DNA of 34,578 nucleotides, taken from IMG/VR virus record IMGVR_UViG_3300017991_000041, one strand, 5' to 3'. Shown in pieces: positions 31,160 to 34,578 of the stretch (position 1 is the first letter of the stretch; the number at the start of each line of letters is the position of its first letter). The DNA comes from a virus. The translations under genes were made by a program, and so were the position numbers. The notes under the pieces are model-generated. The model worked only from the letters and a program-made list of their open reading frames with translations. It had not been told where the DNA came from and ran no database searches.

Positions 31160-32594
31160 GACAATTTTTGACCTTTATGTACCTAAAGACCAGAGAGACG
31201 AAGCTCCACAAGAGCCTCAAAGGGGTCAGGGAGCTCAGGCGGTCAGAGAAGTTGGTTTGGGAGTAGCACAAGGCGCCGGCGATGTAGCTCAGTTAATGGG
31301 TATGCTGGAAGCGGCAGTTCAGTATCCAATGAGCAAAGCTATGGGACTCGACCTCACTGAAGGCCCTCCCGTATCTCCCGGTCAGGAGGCAAGGTATACG
31401 GCCGCAGACGACCAAAATATGTCATTTTGGCAGAAAATGGCACTTCTAGACGAAGACGATGACCTTATGCCGATGATGAGAGTGCCTGCAGGAAGAAAGG
31501 CCTTAGACGAAGCGCTTGAACAAATTCCAGAAGAAGGAATTCTCCAGGAAAGCGTTAGGAGGGTTACTCGCTCTGCTCCGGCTCTTGTAGCCGGCCCTGG
31601 AGCTATGGCAGGAATGGTCGGAATGGAAGCCAAAGGGCTGGCCGCTAAAGAGGCTGCTAAGGCGATGGGAGCTGGTGAAAATGTCCAGCTTCTGGCCGAC
31701 ATCCTTGGCTCCATGACTCCTACCAAAGCTGTACTTCAGCCGGGCGCCAAGAATAAGCAACTCGTAGAATTTGCCCGCAAAATGGGAATGAAAGAGGCAG
31801 AAATCGCCCCTCTGGTTCAAGGGGAAGCTAAGCAAAAACTTTTGGCTAACATAGCTAAAAAGACAGGAAAAACCGAAAGGCAGCTAAAGACGACGCGTGA
31901 AGCCCTTTCGGGAGCATACGATACCCTAAGAAGAATGCCTGCGGCAGAGACTGTCCTAGCTACGCCTCAGCGCAACGCCCTTGTTTCGAAAATGGAGTCA
32001 CTTCTTCAGGACATGCCGGCAAAAGTCAGAGGCACCATCGCAGATGACCTCAGGCAGTTCGAGAGCTCGATGATGAGCGGCGACGACATCATTAAATTCT
32101 ACCAAGACGTTAACTACAACGTAGGCCCAAAGACAAAGCAGCTGACCCGTCTTAAGGAGCCCCTAAAAGAGGCGCTTTCTACCATCAATCCGGAGCTTGG
32201 CAGGGATTTCAATCTCACCAACAAGCTGTATCAACGCTATAGTGACATTTCGCGTAAGCTACGTCCATCCATGATAGATACGTTTATCTCTAAATCAGAA
32301 CCCTACCGAGTTCTTATTGGCCTCACTACCGGGATGAATGGCATTTTAATGGAGGCACTGGCAGAGGGAGCCGGACGAAGATTAGCAAGTGCAATGCTGA
32401 CCAATCCCCGTTTGCAGAATATATCTCGAAAAATGGTCACGTCGATGAATACCGGAAGAATCAACGCTATGCAAAAGCTGACTGAAAATTACATCAACGA
32501 AATAGCAAAGGACCATCCGGAAGCCGCGCGTCAGTTGCGTTCAATAGACTGGGAAGAGGTCAGAGCATTTATTGATGCTGGGAAAGAGGACTAG
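31149..32594 (+). CDS. Internal-virion / ejection-type protein (481 aa).
   Basis: The GTG start overlaps the upstream stop. Helical, Ala/Met/Lys-rich. I saw no lysozyme or transglycosylase motif. Confidence 0.55.
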   Translation: MADRTIFDLYVPKDQRDEAPQEPQRGQGAQAVREVGLGVAQGAGDVAQLMGMLEAAVQYPMSKAMGLDLTEGPPVSPGQEARYTAADDQNMSFWQKMALLDEDDDLMPMMRVPAGRKALDEALEQIPEEGILQESVRRVTRSAPALVAGPGAMAGMVGMEAKGLAAKEAAKAMGAGENVQLLADILGSMTPTKAVLQPGAKNKQLVEFARKMGMKEAEIAPLVQGEAKQKLLANIAKKTGKTERQLKTTREALSGAYDTLRRMPAAETVLATPQRNALVSKMESLLQDMPAKVRGTIADDLRQFESSMMSGDDIIKFYQDVNYNVGPKTKQLTRLKEPLKEALSTINPELGRDFNLTNKLYQRYSDISRKLRPSMIDTFISKSEPYRVLIGLTTGMNGILMEALAEGAGRRLASAMLTNPRLQNISRKMVTSMNTGRINAMQKLTENYINEIAKDHPEAARQLRSIDWEEVRAFIDAGKED

Positions 32595-32657
32595 GACAGA
32601 TTGTCGTATAACCACGTGAATAGAAGCCACGCTATTCCGGCAGGGACAAGAAGAGAC

Positions 32658-32679
32658 ATAGATAACTCCGTTTATCTAT
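32658..32679. promoter_or_regulatory. Perfect inverted repeat ATAGATAA-N6-TTATCTAT in the 196-bp leader of gene 32791.
   Basis: Read directly; it is AT-rich and lies in a long non-coding gap. Confidence 0.35.
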
Positions 32680-32790
32680 AAGTTAAGATTTAGTATACCT
32701 TTATGTTTGAAGGCGTAAGCAGTATATCGCCTAAGACCATACAGGTCAAGTAGTTAACGGTTTGGCCAAAACCTTAAACAGGAGAGCGAC

Positions 32791-33465
32791 ATGTCAAACA
32801 GAAACCCCGCTGCTTACACCGGAATGGTAGCAGCTAGCACTAGCCGTCAAGGCGACATACAATTCGATGCCAGCGACTTTAGCGTCGTCAACGGCGTGGT
32901 CTCGCTAGGTGGTACCGGAAACATTGAAAACCTCACGCCACAAAGCGGGTCGGTTACTCCGGCAGCCGGTCTAGTTGCCCTATCAGGTGCAACCGGCGAA
33001 ATGAGCACGTCGGGCACCGGCAACACAATCACCTTTACGCTTGACGAGGGCGTACCTCGCTCCGTAGCAGTCTCTATGACGGCAGCGGAAATCAAAGCGT
33101 TGGCAACCACTCCTATCGAACTCGTAGCTGCTCCGGGCGCAGGAAAAGTGATTCAGTTCATGGGTGCAGAGCTTAAGCTTGTAGCCGGTTCAGAAGTGCT
33201 TGCAGAATCCGGAGACAATCTCGGCATTAAGTTTACCGATGCCTCTGGCGTACAGGTATCCGCTACTATTGAGTCGACTGGATTCATCGACCAAGCCGCA
33301 AACACATATACAACAGGCATCGCGGCAAACGACGCCATTGTAGCCGCTACAGCAGCGGAGAACCAGGCCCTAGTGCTAGACAACCTGGGAAGTAACTTCA
33401 CGGGCAATGCCTCTAACGACGCTACCCTCGAAGTCAGCGTGGTCTACCGCGTAGTAGAACTTTAA
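32791..33465 (+). CDS. Fibre-related structural protein (224 aa) with its own leader and terminator.
   Basis: SD 'acAGGAGagcgacATG'. 'IQFDASDFSVVNGVVSLGGTGNI' matches the repeat ends of fibre 2 ('CSFDDTAFSVDANGYVTLAGGAG'). Confidence 0.75.
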   Translation: MSNRNPAAYTGMVAASTSRQGDIQFDASDFSVVNGVVSLGGTGNIENLTPQSGSVTPAAGLVALSGATGEMSTSGTGNTITFTLDEGVPRSVAVSMTAAEIKALATTPIELVAAPGAGKVIQFMGAELKLVAGSEVLAESGDNLGIKFTDASGVQVSATIESTGFIDQAANTYTTGIAANDAIVAATAAENQALVLDNLGSNFTGNASNDATLEVSVVYRVVEL

Positions 33466-33470
33466 TAGGT

Positions 33471-33494
33471 GGGGGCTTCGGCCCCCCCTTTTTT
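33471..33494 (+). terminator. Rho-independent terminator.
   Basis: GGGGGC-ttcg-GCCCCC stem-loop followed by 'cctttttt', starting 6 nt after the stop codon of 32791..33465. Confidence 0.85.
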
Positions 33495-33504
33495 GGAGGA
33501 ACAA

Positions 33505-34578
33505 ATGGTTAAGCAAAATATAAAAAAGGCGGATGTAGAGCCGTCAGTGACGGCATTTGGGGAATTGAGCGTAGCTCAACCGTCTCCGCGTGTTTTGGTC
33601 CATTTCCCGTACAACATCAATACGGATATCATTTCGACTACGGTGGCTGCCAGCGGAACCGTTACGCATAGTGGACAGTTTGCGGTGATAGGGGCCGGGG
33701 CCGCTACAAGCAGTAATGCATCCATGGAAACCAATCGCCTCCTGGAATATAATCCTGGCACCGGCGGATTGGCTAGATTTACTGCAGTATTTACTGACGG
33801 TGTGGCAGGCAACTCCCAAATAGCGGGTATTGGTTCTACCACAGACGGTTTCTTCTTTGGTTTCAATGGAACCGAGTTCGGAATTCTTCATCGAGCAGCA
33901 AGTTCAGATACCTGGATTCCGCAGACAAAATGGAATGGAAACAGAATGTTGGGCAATGAGAGATATCTTCAAACTCTCGACCCCACCGTAGGAAACGTCT
34001 TTCAAATTCGATATCAGTGGCTAGGTTTTGGAGCCATTCGTTTCTATATAGAAGACCAGGTTAGAGGGTCTCTTGAGTTAGTCCATACCATTCAGTACGC
34101 CAATGCTAATACATTAGTATCAGTCAACAACCCCTCATTCCCGTTTTACGCTCAAAGCGCCAACACCACCAACAACACTAACGTAACCATCCAGATATCC
34201 AGTATTGGCCTATACATCGAAGGTAAGGATTCCTCGGCAGGTGAGACCAGACAAGCAAAGGATAACACTAAAACGGCTGTTAGCACCGAAACAAATATCC
34301 TCACTATCAGAAATAAGGCGACTTATCAATCTGTCCCCAATAGAGTTGTGGTTCAGCCCGACTTTGTCACTGCGGCTGTGGATGGAACAAAAAACGCCAC
34401 CATTAGAATCTATGCGAATGCCACCTTAGGAGGCTCTCCGAGTTATACGGATATCAGCACCAATACATCAGTGGTCGATTTTGATGTTGCTGGAACGACG
34501 GTCTCGGGAGGTGTCTTACTAGCATCCTTTGCTCTGGACAAAGTGGGTTCATTCAACCAGGCATTTAGAGAATTTGAA
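33505..34578 (+). CDS. Virion-module protein, N-terminal 358 codons. The ORF leaves the window and continues at base 1, giving ~390 aa in total.
   Basis: SD 'tGGAGGaacaaATG'. No stop before the window end. Beta-rich sequence ('VFQIRYQWLGFGAIRFYIED'). Absent from the ORF track because it has no stop in the window. Confidence 0.75.
   Translation, partial: MVKQNIKKADVEPSVTAFGELSVAQPSPRVLVHFPYNINTDIISTTVAASGTVTHSGQFAVIGAGAATSSNASMETNRLLEYNPGTGGLARFTAVFTDGVAGNSQIAGIGSTTDGFFFGFNGTEFGILHRAASSDTWIPQTKWNGNRMLGNERYLQTLDPTVGNVFQIRYQWLGFGAIRFYIEDQVRGSLELVHTIQYANANTLVSVNNPSFPFYAQSANTTNNTNVTIQISSIGLYIEGKDSSAGETRQAKDNTKTAVSTETNILTIRNKATYQSVPNRVVVQPDFVTAAVDGTKNATIRIYANATLGGSPSYTDISTNTSVVDFDVAGTTVSGGVLLASFALDKVGSFNQAFREFE
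34456..34578. repeat. Terminal direct repeat, copy 2 (identical to 1-123).
   Basis: Direct comparison with the window start. Confidence 0.95.

Overview
The window is a complete tailed-phage genome of about 34,455 bp. Bases 1-123 are repeated exactly at 34456-34578, and one structural CDS (33505 to 222) reads in frame through that junction. I saw no tape-measure, tube or sheath genes, and the morphogenesis gene order is T7-like, so it looks like a podovirus. A long rightward (+) unit runs 10032 -> window end -> 5839. In order it encodes an XRE-type regulator, a replication initiator with internal iterons, a DnaC-like loader, HTH proteins, RusA and many small ORFs. It continues with a SpoVG-like protein, a ParB-like nuclease, TerS, an intein-containing TerL, portal, scaffold and an HK97-fold capsid protein. 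After those come a decoration-like protein, adaptor- and nozzle-like proteins, a GNAT-like protein, three internal-virion-like proteins and a fibre module with two paralogous receptor-binding fibres. A short leftward (-) early block (9877 -> 5897) encodes RecT, an HNH homing endonuclease, a YqaJ/lambda-Exo-like nuclease, small membrane or secreted proteins and several very acidic small proteins. I found no rRNA, tRNA, CRISPR array, integrase, reverse transcriptase or recognisable endolysin/holin. The points most worth a second look are listed here. (1) A LAGLIDADG intein sits in the TerL ATPase domain. (2) An exact 11-mer plus an upstream GCACCA box recurs in the non-coding DNA ahead of the replication, packaging and morphogenesis modules. 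(3) A hairpin-dense 227-bp spacer lies between terminase and portal. (4) One ~75-aa beta-barrel module is reused four times in three virion proteins. (5) A GNAT-like gene is embedded among the ejection-protein genes. (6) At several loci apparent coding potential changes frame or genes are nested. All functional calls come from motifs read by eye and recalled family signatures; none has been checked against a database.
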